Both the position numbers and the translations under genes were made by a program. This document shows positions 28,595 through 37,344 of a stretch of DNA of 64,000 bases, piece by piece (the first letter of the stretch is position 1; every line of letters begins with the position of its first letter). Below the pieces are notes generated by a model that was not told the origin of the DNA, ran no database searches, and saw only the letters and a program-made list of their open reading frames with translations. This stretch comes from Actinomycetales bacterium (GTDB taxonomy: Bacteria > Actinomycetota > Actinomycetes > Actinomycetales > CAWJMD01). The stretch spans positions 49,560 to 113,559 of the forward strand of contig JBKECN010000057.1 of assembly GCA_047974565.1 (NCBI GenBank), read 5' to 3'.

Positions 28595-30076
28595 CTATCC
28601 ACACACACACGCGGCGACCCCGGCGGCTAGCCGGTCCAGTGCCTGGCGAGCGGGTTCGGTGGCTGGCACCTGGTCGGCGAGGAAGGCGAAGGTGACCAAC
28701 CGTCCGTCGGCGGTGGTGGTCTGCCCCGCCAGCGCCGAGACCCGGCTCAGCGAACCGGTTTTGGCGCGCACCAGGCCGGTGGCCGCAGCTGCGCCGGTGG
28801 ACTCGCCGAAGCGGTCGGACAGCGATCCGGTCAGGCCTGCCACCGGCAGACCACGCACCAGCGGACGCAGTTGCGGTGCATCTGAGGAGCCAGCCATCGC
28901 CAGGGTCTGAGCCAGCACCGAGGCGGTGAGCGCCGAGCCGTCGGACATGCCCGAGCCGTCCGCCAGGGTGCAGCCCGTGACGTCTACTCCCAGGCTCGCC
29001 ACCGACGTGAGTACGGCCTGCCCTCCGGACGCGAAGCCGGGTGGCTGGCCGGCGGAAATGGCGACCAGCCGGGACAATGCCTCGGCGGCGTTGTTGTCGC
29101 TGGCCGCGAGCAGGTATCCGACGAGTTGCGAGACGGGGGCGGAGCTGATCCGGGCGAGTTCGTCGGCCTCGGCGGGGGCCGCTCGTCGGGTGGTGGCGCC
29201 GTCCACGACCACACCGTGCTCGCCCAAGGCCGCCGCGAAGCGCACCGCAGCCGCCAGCCCCGGGTCGGCGACCCGGGGTGAGTAGTTCTCGTCGCCGGTA
29301 CGCCCGGCATTGATCGCCAGGCCCGTCACAGGTGCCACGAAGCCGTTGCTGAGATCGGCGTTGGCCCAGCCTGGGCCCATCGACTCGCTGGGACCTGGAG
29401 CCCCCTGTGACGGCGCGTCCCAGCCCAGGCCGCCGAGGATGGAGTCGTCGAGGTAGACCCGTACGCTCGGGTGGTTCTGGGCCTGTAGAGCGGCGGCGGT
29501 CTGGGCAGCCAGATCGTCCAGACCGGCTCGTCCGTTCACCGCGTCCGGGTCGGACTCACCGGCGGCGAGCAGCACGTCCCCGCCGGCGACCAGGGTGATC
29601 TGATCCGAACCGGGCGATCCGACCACCGTGGTGTCCAAGGTGGTGTCAGGCCCCAGGACGGTCAGCGCAGCCGCCGAGGTGAGCACCTTGGTGACGGAGG
29701 CGGGTTCGTGGGGAGCAGCGGCGGAGGAGTCGAGGAGGACCTGGCCGGTGTCAGCATCCACCACCGTGGCACCTACCGAGGGCCCGAGCGCCGGGTCGGC
29801 AAGCAGTGGAGCCAATGCGGCTGAAGCAGCCGCGGGATCGGGTGGTCCAGCCGAGACGGGCAGTGCCGCCAATGCAGGAGCACCAAGGTCGACAGGGGTG
29901 GCGGCGGGAGCGGGCTCGATCGTCGGGTACGGCTGGGGCGCAGGGTCGGTGGTGAGCCATCCCGGCACCTCACCGCGCAGGTCGGCCTGCACATACCAGC
30001 CCAGGCCGCCGAGCAGGGCGATCACGAGGAAGGCGACGAGGAAGGTCCGGGTGACGGCGCCCTGGTCGTCAGTCAT
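28595..30076 (-). CDS. dacB: D-alanyl-D-alanine carboxypeptidase/endopeptidase (PBP4, S13 family)
   Basis: Contains ASVTKVLT (SxxK) and KTGSL (KTG), plus an N-terminal TM helix. ATG verified at 30076, about 8 nt after gaaaggaggg. Confidence 0.8.
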   Translation of the reverse strand: MTDDQGAVTRTFLVAFLVIALLGGLGWYVQADLRGEVPGWLTTDPAPQPYPTIEPAPAATPVDLGAPALAALPVSAGPPDPAAASAALAPLLADPALGPSVGATVVDADTGQVLLDSSAAAPHEPASVTKVLTSAAALTVLGPDTTLDTTVVGSPGSDQITLVAGGDVLLAAGESDPDAVNGRAGLDDLAAQTAAALQAQNHPSVRVYLDDSILGGLGWDAPSQGAPGPSESMGPGWANADLSNGFVAPVTGLAINAGRTGDENYSPRVADPGLAAAVRFAAALGEHGVVVDGATTRRAAPAEADELARISSAPVSQLVGYLLAASDNNAAEALSRLVAISAGQPPGFASGGQAVLTSVASLGVDVTGCTLADGSGMSDGSALTASVLAQTLAMAGSSDAPQLRPLVRGLPVAGLTGSLSDRFGESTGAAAATGLVRAKTGSLSRVSALAGQTTTADGRLVTFAFLADQVPATEPARQALDRLAAGVAACVCG

Positions 30077-30470
30077 GCTCTGGCCCTCCTTTCGCTCTCC
30101 GTCACTGTGCCCGCTCTTGGTCCCCGTGCCCACTCTTCGTCACCGTGCCGGCGCGACAACCCGGCACGGGCCTGGCGTCCGGCCCCATCCCAGGAAGGCC
30201 TCATCCCTGAAACCTCACATCACAAGCTTGTCCGACCTAACCGACTTCACCAGGCCTGAGCCTCGTCTCGCCCGGTCAGGTCACTACGACCAAGCGATAC
30301 CGACTCACTCAGACCAACCAGGACGACAAATCGGTAGCGATCTCACCCGGGGGTAGGCGTCGACGCGCCCGAACGGATAGCGTCTGGGAATGCTGGCGTA
30401 GGGGAGACTAACCGCAGACTGCTGCGTGTCGGTCTCCCAACCCCTCCTGTCCCCTGATGGAAGGCACCCG

Positions 30471-30962
30471 ATGCTTGAGTTCAACGTGACGATCGAGATT
30501 CCCCGTGGCACCCGAAACAAGTACGAGGTCGACCACGAGTCGGGCCGAATCATGCTCGACCGCACGTTGTTCACAGCCACCAGATACCCCTCGGACTACG
30601 GCTTCATCGACGACACCCTCGGCGAGGATGGCGATCCGCTGGATGCCCTCGTGCTCATCGACGAGCCCACGTTCCCCGGGTGCCTGATCAAGTGCCGGGC
30701 GATCGGCATGTTCCACATGCGCGACGAGGCGGGCGGCGACGACAAGGTGCTCTGCGTACCGGCGGGAGACCCTCGGCTGGACCCCATTCAGGACCTGGAG
30801 GACATCTCCGAGTTCCACCGCCTGGAGATCCAGCACTTCTTCGAGATCTACAAGGACCTTGAGCCGGGCAAGTCGGTTGAAGGGGCACATTGGGCCGGAC
30901 GGCTCGAGGCCGAGGAAGAGATCCACGCGTCATTCCAGCGACTGAAGGATCAGGGGCACTGA
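30471..30962 (+). CDS. ppa: inorganic pyrophosphatase (family I)
   Basis: Contains [21 protein letters not shown] and [10 protein letters not shown]. This is the inner part of track ORF 30426..30962. Confidence 0.9.
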   Translation: MLEFNVTIEIPRGTRNKYEVDHESGRIMLDRTLFTATRYPSDYGFIDDTLGEDGDPLDALVLIDEPTFPGCLIKCRAIGMFHMRDEAGGDDKVLCVPAGDPRLDPIQDLEDISEFHRLEIQHFFEIYKDLEPGKSVEGAHWAGRLEAEEEIHASFQRLKDQGH

Positions 30963-31483
30963 TGGCTGACATCGAGATTCGCGCGCTGACCGAGGACGAC
31001 TGGGGGGTCTTCCGCGAGGTAAGGCTCATGGCACTGCGAGACTCGCCCGAGGCCTTCGTGGCCACCGCCGCGGAAGAGGAGTCCTTCCCGGAGTCCGAGT
31101 GGCGCGACCGAATGACCCGCTCCTCCCGGTTCGTCGCCGAGGACGGGCAGGACGTGATCGGCGTGGTGAGCCTGCGTACGTCCCAGATCACCACCCAGGA
31201 CACTGAACTGGACGATCTCAACGCGGCCGAGGTCTTCGGGCTCTGGGTTGAGCCGGGCCACCGCGGCGCAGGCACGCCGGCGCAGTTGATCGATGCCGCC
31301 GCCAACCGGGCCCGCGCCTATGGCATCAGCCACCTCGTCTACTGGGTGGGGGTGGACAACGCCCGAGCCGTGGCCTTCGCCAGCGGCTACGGCTTCCGCC
31401 CCACCGACTCCAGACGTGAGGCGCGCACCGCGGGCGTCGAGGGCGGCACCGAGGCCGCCATGGTGTTTCCGCTGGCGCGCTGA
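30962..31483 (+). CDS. GNAT-family N-acetyltransferase
   Basis: Contains [14 protein letters not shown] and LWVEPGHRGAGTPAQLIDAA (acetyl-CoA-binding Q/RxxGxG/A). The ATG shares 1 nt with the ppa TGA. Confidence 0.75.
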   Translation: MADIEIRALTEDDWGVFREVRLMALRDSPEAFVATAAEEESFPESEWRDRMTRSSRFVAEDGQDVIGVVSLRTSQITTQDTELDDLNAAEVFGLWVEPGHRGAGTPAQLIDAAANRARAYGISHLVYWVGVDNARAVAFASGYGFRPTDSRREARTAGVEGGTEAAMVFPLAR

Positions 31484-31502
31484 ATCGCCGACGCGAGTCG
31501 GC

Positions 31503-33116
31503 TCACGGACGACCTGCGTACTTCATCGCCCCGCGCATCCGCAACGGCACCTCCCGCACGTTGAGCCCGGTGCGCGGGGCCTCGATCATCCGCCCGTTGC
31601 CCGAGTACATCGCCACGTGGTGAATGGATGAGGCGTTCGTCCCGTCGCCGTAGAACACCAGATCGCCAGGTCGCAGGTCGGAGTAGGAGATCTTGGTGGC
31701 GGCGCGGTACTGGTCCCGCGAGACCCGCGGCAGGCTCACTCCGGCACGCCGCCAGGCCGCGCCGGTGAGCCCCGAGCAGTCATAGCTGTTCGGGCCGGTC
31801 GCGCCCCACTGGTACGGCTTGCCGATCTGGGTGCGGGCCCAGTCGACCGCAGCCTGACCCGCCGAGGCCGACCCCTTCGACGAGCCCGACTTCTGATCCG
31901 CCGCGGCCTTGGCGGCCGCTTCGGCGGCAGCCCGGTCGGCAGCGGCCTTGTCGGCGGCGGCTTTCTCCGCTGCCGCCTGAGCGGCGGCGACCTCCGCCTG
32001 GATGCGGGCAACCTCGTCGGTGCCGGTGAGGTCCTTGGGGCCGTCCTGCGCTCGCCCGGCGGCCCGATCGGCTGCTTGCTGGGCGGCAGCAGCTTCGGCA
32101 GCCGCCGCTTCTGCGGCCGTCTGTTCGGCCTTGGCCTGCTCCAGGGCGGCATTCCGTTCGGCGGCCACCCGGGCCGCCTCGGCCTTTGCAGCGGCAGCCT
32201 GCTGGGCGGCGGCCTGGTCAGCGGCGGCCTGGTCGGCGGCGGCCCGAGCCGCGGCTGCCTCGCGGGCGGCGACTGCGCGCCGGGCGGCCTCCTCCGCTGC
32301 CGCCTGGCGCTGGGCTTCCAGGCCGTCCTGGCGACGTCGCTCCAGGTCGGCGCTGGTCGAGTTGAGCACGGCGAGTTGGGCGATCAGGCTGTCACGGCGG
32401 GTCTGTGTGTCCGAAAGCACCTGCTGGGCGCGGGCCTGCTCGGCAATTGCGCGGCGGCGGGCCTCGTCGGCCGCGGCTGCAGCCTCTGCGCGGTCCGCCT
32501 CTGCGGCGGCCGCCTGCGCCCGGGTGGCGGCTGCGGTGTTGGCCGCCTGGTCGGCGGCGGCGAACACGGCCTGGTTGCGAGTGGTCAGCAGGTCCAGGGC
32601 ATCGGCGCGATCGATGAGGTCCTGCGGCCCGCCCGGAGTGAGCATCGCCTCCAGGCCTGGGCCGATGGCGCCTCCATGCCGATAGGTGCGGGCGGCGAGC
32701 GCGCCCAGTTGATCCTGGGCGGCTGCCCGGTCCTGATCAGCGGCGGCGGCGGCGGTGGTGGCGGCGTCCGCGGCGGCACTGGCCTGCTCGAGTTTGACCT
32801 GAGCCTCGTTGTAGTCCTCGACCGCCATCGCCGCGGCGACCTGGGTGCGTTCGAGGTTGTCCGAGGCGTCCTGCAACTGGCCTTCCAGCGAGGAAACCTG
32901 GGAGGCCGCGGTCGAGGCTGCCTCGCGGGCTGCGTCCACCTGCTCCTGAGACGGGATCGGTTCGGCACTGGCGGCGGTGGCGACCAGGGTGGTGGCCAGC
33001 ACGAGCACCGAGCCGGTCAGTGCCGGCGAGACTCCTCGCGCGGCCCCGCGGTCCCGGGTGAACGGCGAGGCGAGCCTCGGCCGTCGCGGCGCTCGGTGTC
33101 GTGCGTGTGAACCCAC
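31503..33116 (-). CDS. secreted NlpC/P60 peptidoglycan endopeptidase with a long Ala/Gln-rich coiled-coil (RipA-like)
   Basis: The C-terminus is YQWGATGPNSYDCSGLTGAAWRRAGV..HHVAMY (Cys-His). The signal-like segment is LTGSVLVLATTLVATAASA. GTG at 33116 lies 3 nt after ggagga; the alternative start is ATG 33185. Confidence 0.8.
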   Translation of the reverse strand: MGSHARHRAPRRPRLASPFTRDRGAARGVSPALTGSVLVLATTLVATAASAEPIPSQEQVDAAREAASTAASQVSSLEGQLQDASDNLERTQVAAAMAVEDYNEAQVKLEQASAAADAATTAAAAADQDRAAAQDQLGALAARTYRHGGAIGPGLEAMLTPGGPQDLIDRADALDLLTTRNQAVFAAADQAANTAAATRAQAAAAEADRAEAAAAADEARRRAIAEQARAQQVLSDTQTRRDSLIAQLAVLNSTSADLERRRQDGLEAQRQAAAEEAARRAVAAREAAAARAAADQAAADQAAAQQAAAAKAEAARVAAERNAALEQAKAEQTAAEAAAAEAAAAQQAADRAAGRAQDGPKDLTGTDEVARIQAEVAAAQAAAEKAAADKAAADRAAAEAAAKAAADQKSGSSKGSASAGQAAVDWARTQIGKPYQWGATGPNSYDCSGLTGAAWRRAGVSLPRVSRDQYRAATKISYSDLRPGDLVFYGDGTNASSIHHVAMYSGNGRMIEAPRTGLNVREVPLRMRGAMKYAGRP

Positions 33117-33380
33117 CGTTCCTCCAGGAAATGACACGGGTGTGGTTTCGACCCTTGACAGCAGCGAGGCGTGTCCATGTGACACGCCGCAATGGAATGT
33201 AGCGGATCTGTGTCACTTTCGAAACACCAATCACATGATTCCCAGCGGCAACAGTTGTAACACTGGTCCACGCGGGTGAACGCGATGTGTCGATGTTCAC
33301 CGAATCGTGACCAGGGCGTCCTGGGTGGGTGCATCACCGTTCGACCGCCCGAGGAAGCCGTCGATCGCCGGTCAAGGCAT

Positions 33381-33452
33381 GGGCGGGGGCAGGCCGCACG
33401 GGCTGGGCAGGCCCGGCGTGGGCCGGGGCAGGGAGCACGGGCCGGGGCAGGG
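33381..33452 (+). repeat. G-tract cluster: ten runs of G3 or longer, with three copies of about 18-20 bp (CACGGGCCGGGGCAGGG)
   Basis: G-runs read directly, starting at 33381, 33385, 33400, 33405, 33420, 33425, 33431, 33439, 33444 and 33450. Intergenic, upstream of tRNA-Thr. Confidence 0.7.
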
Positions 33453-33648
33453 CGCACCCAGCTGGACGGCAGCCGAGCATGCCCAGCCAGGTGGCGGTCG
33501 GGGGCCGCGGGCATGGTGCCGGTGAGGGCAGGTCGCCGACCACCCGGCGGCTGGGCACTCGGGAGCGACCCTGGCCACGGCAATCCGTCCCTGAGGACCC
33601 TGAGTGACCCCGTATGATGGGCGAGGTTTTCGCGCCCACCGCGAAGAC

Positions 33649-33722
33649 GCCGCCTTAGCTCAGTCGGCCAGAGCAACGCACTCGTAATGCGTAGGTCGAG
33701 GGTTCGATTCCCTCAGGCGGCT
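33649..33722 (+). tRNA. tRNA-Thr (anticodon CGU)
   Basis: Manual cloverleaf: acceptor GCCGCCT/AGGCGGC, D arm GCTC-AGTCGGCCA-GAGC, anticodon arm ACGCA-CTCGTAA-TGCGT, T arm GAGGG-TTCGATT-CCCTC, discriminator T. CCA is not encoded. Confidence 0.9.
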
Positions 33723-33812
33723 CCGACACGCTCCACCCAGTTCAGACAGCCTCGCGCGGAGTCGCCGAGGTCACCTCGAGTCGCCGAACCCGACAAGCGG
33801 CAGACCGAACAC

Positions 33813-33956
33813 TCATCCGGCCGCCCACGGGCCCTTGCCGAACGTCTGCGGCGCCAGGACGCCGCAGCGCGCGCGGTAGGTGACCGCGGAGCACGGAACC
33901 TGCCCGAAGCCGCCCAGCGCAGCGACGACCTCGAGTGGGATCGCACCCGTGGACAC
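33813..33956 (-). pseudogene. possible remnant of the C-terminal HTH of an AraC/GlxA-type regulator
   Basis: Manual translation gives ..VSTGAIPLEVVAALGGFGQVPCSAVTYRARCGVLAPQTFGKGPWAAG*. This resembles the AraC tail pattern (GF..s..l...F.r..G..P..yR). An in-frame stop lies just upstream and no N-terminal part is present. Confidence 0.25.
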
Positions 33957-34266
33957 AGACCGCGGTCGAGACAGACTCCGGTCGAGACAGACTGCGTCGA
34001 CTCAAATTTCCCTGTCTCACAACAGATTTCAGCACCGGAGCGCATTTCCTGCGCCAATCGGATCGATCTTGCGTCCTATGGATCGCAGCGCGATGTCCGG
34101 GCACCTAGAGTTCGGCATCGAATGATGGTCAGCACCGCCCAAAACGTGACCACGTCTGCGGCGGTGAGCCGTTCACGCGCCTGGCCGCGAGCGACTCGGC
34201 ACCGCATGCCGGCGCACACCGCTGCCTGGCTGCTCACAGGAGATCCACTTCTCACAGGAGATCGTC

Positions 34267-35172
34267 ATGCCCTCTCCCACGATGTGCCCACGTCCGGAAC
34301 CCCCGCAGCAGGTAGCCGATCGGGCGCCGGGGTCGCCCGCCAGGGGCGGGGGTCGCCGCCCGTGGAACGGGGTGGAGGAGATTCCCCCCGCCTGGGGACC
34401 CAGCGCGATCACCATCGGTGTCTTCGATGGAGTGCACCGCGGCCACACACGGTTGATCGAGCGCACCATCCAGGCCGCTCAGCGGCACCGGGTTCCCTCG
34501 GTACTGGTCACCTTCGACCCCCATCCGGCTCGCGTCATCGGGCCGCCGAGGGATACCGCGACACTGTCCACCCCGGCCCGTCGTGCCGAACTCGCCGGCC
34601 GGCTCGGCGTGGACGCCGTCCTCGTCCTGCCCTTTACCCCCGCCCTGGCCAGGACCCCGGCGGACGCGTTCGCCACCAGGGTGCTGGTTGACAATCTGCA
34701 TGCGGTTGCAGTGGTCGTTGGTCGCAACTTCCGTTTCGGCGCAGGAGGCAAGGGTGATCTGGCGACTCTGCGGCACCTTGGGCATCGGCATGGATTCACC
34801 GTCGAGGGCGTGCCGCTGCTACACACCGCGCAGTCGCGGTGTTCGTCCACCTATGTCCGGCACTGCCTGTCCAGCGGAGACCTGGCAGCAGCGACCAGAG
34901 CACTGGGCCGCCCCCACCGGGTTGAAGGGCGGCTGAGCGAGGGGACGCTCACGGTGCCGGCATACACGGCCCTACCTCCCCAGAACCGCCGATTCCCAGG
35001 TCTACTCACCCTCGAGTCCGGCATCACGCACCCGGTCAGCGCGCTGGTGGCCGCCCCGGACACGATTCGCCTTCTCGGGGGTCCGCACTGCCCGGAACAC
35101 TCCTGGGCGGCCCTGGACCTGCTGGCGGCTGACCAGCTGCGCCGCGACGATTACCCGAACTCCCCGCCCTGA
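34267..35172 (+). CDS. RibF-like FMN adenylyltransferase paralog with a degenerate riboflavin-kinase domain
   Basis: N-terminal motifs are ITIGVFDGVHRGH, VTFDPHP, NFRFGAGGKGD and SSTYVRHCL. The C-terminal half lacks the G-x-P-T-A-N kinase motif and reads TLTVPAYT instead. The start is uncertain and probably lies downstream of 34267. Confidence 0.65.
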   Translation: MPSPTMCPRPEPPQQVADRAPGSPARGGGRRPWNGVEEIPPAWGPSAITIGVFDGVHRGHTRLIERTIQAAQRHRVPSVLVTFDPHPARVIGPPRDTATLSTPARRAELAGRLGVDAVLVLPFTPALARTPADAFATRVLVDNLHAVAVVVGRNFRFGAGGKGDLATLRHLGHRHGFTVEGVPLLHTAQSRCSSTYVRHCLSSGDLAAATRALGRPHRVEGRLSEGTLTVPAYTALPPQNRRFPGLLTLESGITHPVSALVAAPDTIRLLGGPHCPEHSWAALDLLAADQLRRDDYPNSPP

Positions 35173-35308
35173 ACGATCTCCCTGCGCAGACCGGATGGCG
35201 GATTCGCTCACCGGATCGCCTGAAGCCATCGGCCGCAATAAGTTCATCATCACGGAAATAACCCGGAAATGACGGGCCGGTTTCCGTACCGCGACACCAG
35301 TGACGACA

Positions 35309-35452
35309 CATTCCCACTCCGCCGACTCCCGTCAACGCATCCGACACCGCCGGGCTTTGACGACGCATTCCAACACCGCCGACTCCAGTCGGCACATTCC
35401 AACACCGCCGACCCCAGTCGGCACATTCCAACACCGCCGATTTTCGGCATCG
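35309..35452 (+). repeat. five tandem 28-29 bp units, three of them carrying a GCCGAC-N4-GTCGGC hairpin
   Basis: Units start at 35309, 35338, 35366, 35394 and 35423 (CATTCCAACACCGCCGACYCCAGTCGGCA). The array ends just before the aggagg RBS of the flavin reductase gene. Confidence 0.85.
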
Positions 35453-35471
35453 ACCCAGGAGGCTGACGACC

Positions 35472-36053
35472 GTGCCATCCACGCTGGATTCCCGAGCATT
35501 CCGCATGTGTCTGGGCCAATACGCCACCGGCGTCGCGGTCGTCACCTACGAAGGTGAGGAGGGCCCGCGCGGCGCCACGATCAACTCCTTCACGTCCGTA
35601 TCGATGGATCCGCCGTTGGTGCTGGTGTCGTTCGCCAGATCCACCACGACGGCCCGACTCCTGGTCGACCGGCCGTTCACCGTGAACATCCTGTCTTCCA
35701 CCCAACTCGACGTCGCGCTGCAGTTCGCCGGACGCCCGCAGGAGGGACTCACCGTGCCGTGGTCGCCGACCGCGCCGGTACCCCGGCTGCTCGGTGGCGT
35801 GGCATGGATGCAGTGCCGGCCGTGGGCCACCTACGACGGCGGCGACCATGTGCTGTTCGTCGGTCAGGTCGAGCATCACGACTCCCGCCATGGGGAGCCA
35901 TTGGTCTTCCACCGCGGCCAGTTCCGGATGGTCGGCGTTGGCGTGTACGACCTGCCCCGCATCGTCCAACTCGACGGCCGGCCGATCGCCCCCTGGGTGG
36001 GGCACGCCCACCGGCTGCATGAGATCAGCGACGCCGGACTCCTCGAACCCTGA
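35472..36053 (+). CDS. flavin reductase (NAD(P)H:flavin oxidoreductase, HpaC/NtaB-like)
   Basis: Contains FRMCLGQYATGVAVVTYEGEEGPRGATINSFTSVSMDPPLVLVS. GTG start verified at 35472. Confidence 0.8.
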   Translation: MPSTLDSRAFRMCLGQYATGVAVVTYEGEEGPRGATINSFTSVSMDPPLVLVSFARSTTTARLLVDRPFTVNILSSTQLDVALQFAGRPQEGLTVPWSPTAPVPRLLGGVAWMQCRPWATYDGGDHVLFVGQVEHHDSRHGEPLVFHRGQFRMVGVGVYDLPRIVQLDGRPIAPWVGHAHRLHEISDAGLLEP

Positions 36054-36090
36054 ACACCCATCCCACACCCATCACCAGGAGGAACCCCCG

Positions 36091-37344
36091 ATGAAAGTCA
36101 CCTATTTCCAACAGGTCCCGTACCGGCACCTTCCCGACGACTTCGAGAAGCGCTACGAGTCGGTAGTCACCACCCCGTACTCGCTGACCGAGCCGGACAA
36201 GGTGCACAGCGCCTTTCGGGACTCACTCGACGAGATCATGCACGCGGCCCGGGCCGGCTTCGACGCCATCACCATCACCGAGCACAGCCAGAGCGCCTAC
36301 GACATGCTGCCGAATCCCAGCCTGATGGAATCTGCCGTGGCCTACGCCACCGAGGTCGAGGGTCTCAAGACCGGCATCTTCCCGGTCGGGCGCTCGCTCG
36401 GCAAGAGCCGTGAGCCCCTGCGGGTGGCCGAGGAGATGGCCATGCTGGACGCCATCTCCAATGGCCGGCTGATCGCCGGCTTCCCGGTGGGATTGGCCTA
36501 TGACGCCAACGTCAACAACGGGGTGTCCCCGGCCGAGACCCGACTCCGGTTCGACGAGAACCTCGACCTGGTGCTACGGGCCTGGCACGAACGCGAGCCG
36601 TTCGCGTGGAATGGACGGTTCCACCAGCACGCGTCCGTCAACATCTGGCCGCGACCGATCCAGAAGAGCCCGCCGGTGTTCATCACCGGCATCGGCAATC
36701 CACGGACGATGGAGTTCTGCCTGCAGAACGGCTTCGGCTTCAACTACTTCGGCTGGTTCGGCGCCAAGGCCGCCGGAAAGCGGATCTTCGACCGTTTCTG
36801 GGACACCGCACAGCGCCTCGGCAAAGACGACAACCCCTATCAGATGGGCTTCATGCAGACCGTCTGTGTGGCCGAGACCGATGCACAGGCAGAGAAACTC
36901 TTCGCCGAGCACGCTGAGTACTTCTTCCGCAAGGGGCTGGGATCGATTCCGATGCATCGACTCTCGCTGCCCGGAGGGATCGACATCAAGGGCTTGGAGT
37001 TCATCTTCCGCGACCCGGGAGACTTCGGCATCTACGCCAAGATGCGCGAGGCGAGCTTCGCCGAGTTGGTCGACGCGGGAGCGGTGATCTGCGGAAGTCC
37101 GGCGACCGTGCGCGAGCAGATCACGACCTTCGCCCGCGACTTCCGGATCGGCAACCTGCATGCCATGTTGCAGTTCGGTTCCATGCCGCACGAACTGGCC
37201 AAGGACAACATCAACCTCTTCGCCGAAGAGGTCATGCCCCACCTGCGTGACATCTGGACCGACGAAGGCTGGCAGCACCACTGGTGGCCCGAGGCTCTGG
37301 GTGGGGTCCCCGCAGCTACGACCACCGAGGCGGTGTCCGCATGA
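36091..37344 (+). CDS. LLM-class (luciferase-like) flavin-dependent monooxygenase
   Basis: ATG at 36091 follows caggagga. The 417-aa product begins MKVTYFQQVPYRHLPDDFEKRYES and contains ITITEHSQSAYDMLPNP. This is the inner part of track ORF 35794..37344. Confidence 0.85.
   Translation: MKVTYFQQVPYRHLPDDFEKRYESVVTTPYSLTEPDKVHSAFRDSLDEIMHAARAGFDAITITEHSQSAYDMLPNPSLMESAVAYATEVEGLKTGIFPVGRSLGKSREPLRVAEEMAMLDAISNGRLIAGFPVGLAYDANVNNGVSPAETRLRFDENLDLVLRAWHEREPFAWNGRFHQHASVNIWPRPIQKSPPVFITGIGNPRTMEFCLQNGFGFNYFGWFGAKAAGKRIFDRFWDTAQRLGKDDNPYQMGFMQTVCVAETDAQAEKLFAEHAEYFFRKGLGSIPMHRLSLPGGIDIKGLEFIFRDPGDFGIYAKMREASFAELVDAGAVICGSPATVREQITTFARDFRIGNLHAMLQFGSMPHELAKDNINLFAEEVMPHLRDIWTDEGWQHHWWPEALGGVPAATTTEAVSA

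Noticed and set aside
31900-32800. DNA and protein repeats plus multiple overlapping ORFs in the middle of the NlpC/P60 gene (for example 32002..32685 +, 32076..33110 +, 31736..32152 -)
   Set aside because: This is the Ala/Gln/Glu-rich coiled-coil region of the RipA-like protein (AAAE/AADQ heptad-like repeats). The other frames are by-products of GCN-rich low-complexity sequence.
33117-33300. Calling a c-di-AMP (ydaO) riboswitch as a feature upstream of the NlpC/P60 gene
   Set aside because: I could not identify the conserved ydaO core segments by eye. It is therefore listed only as a finding to test with a covariance model, not as an annotated ncRNA.
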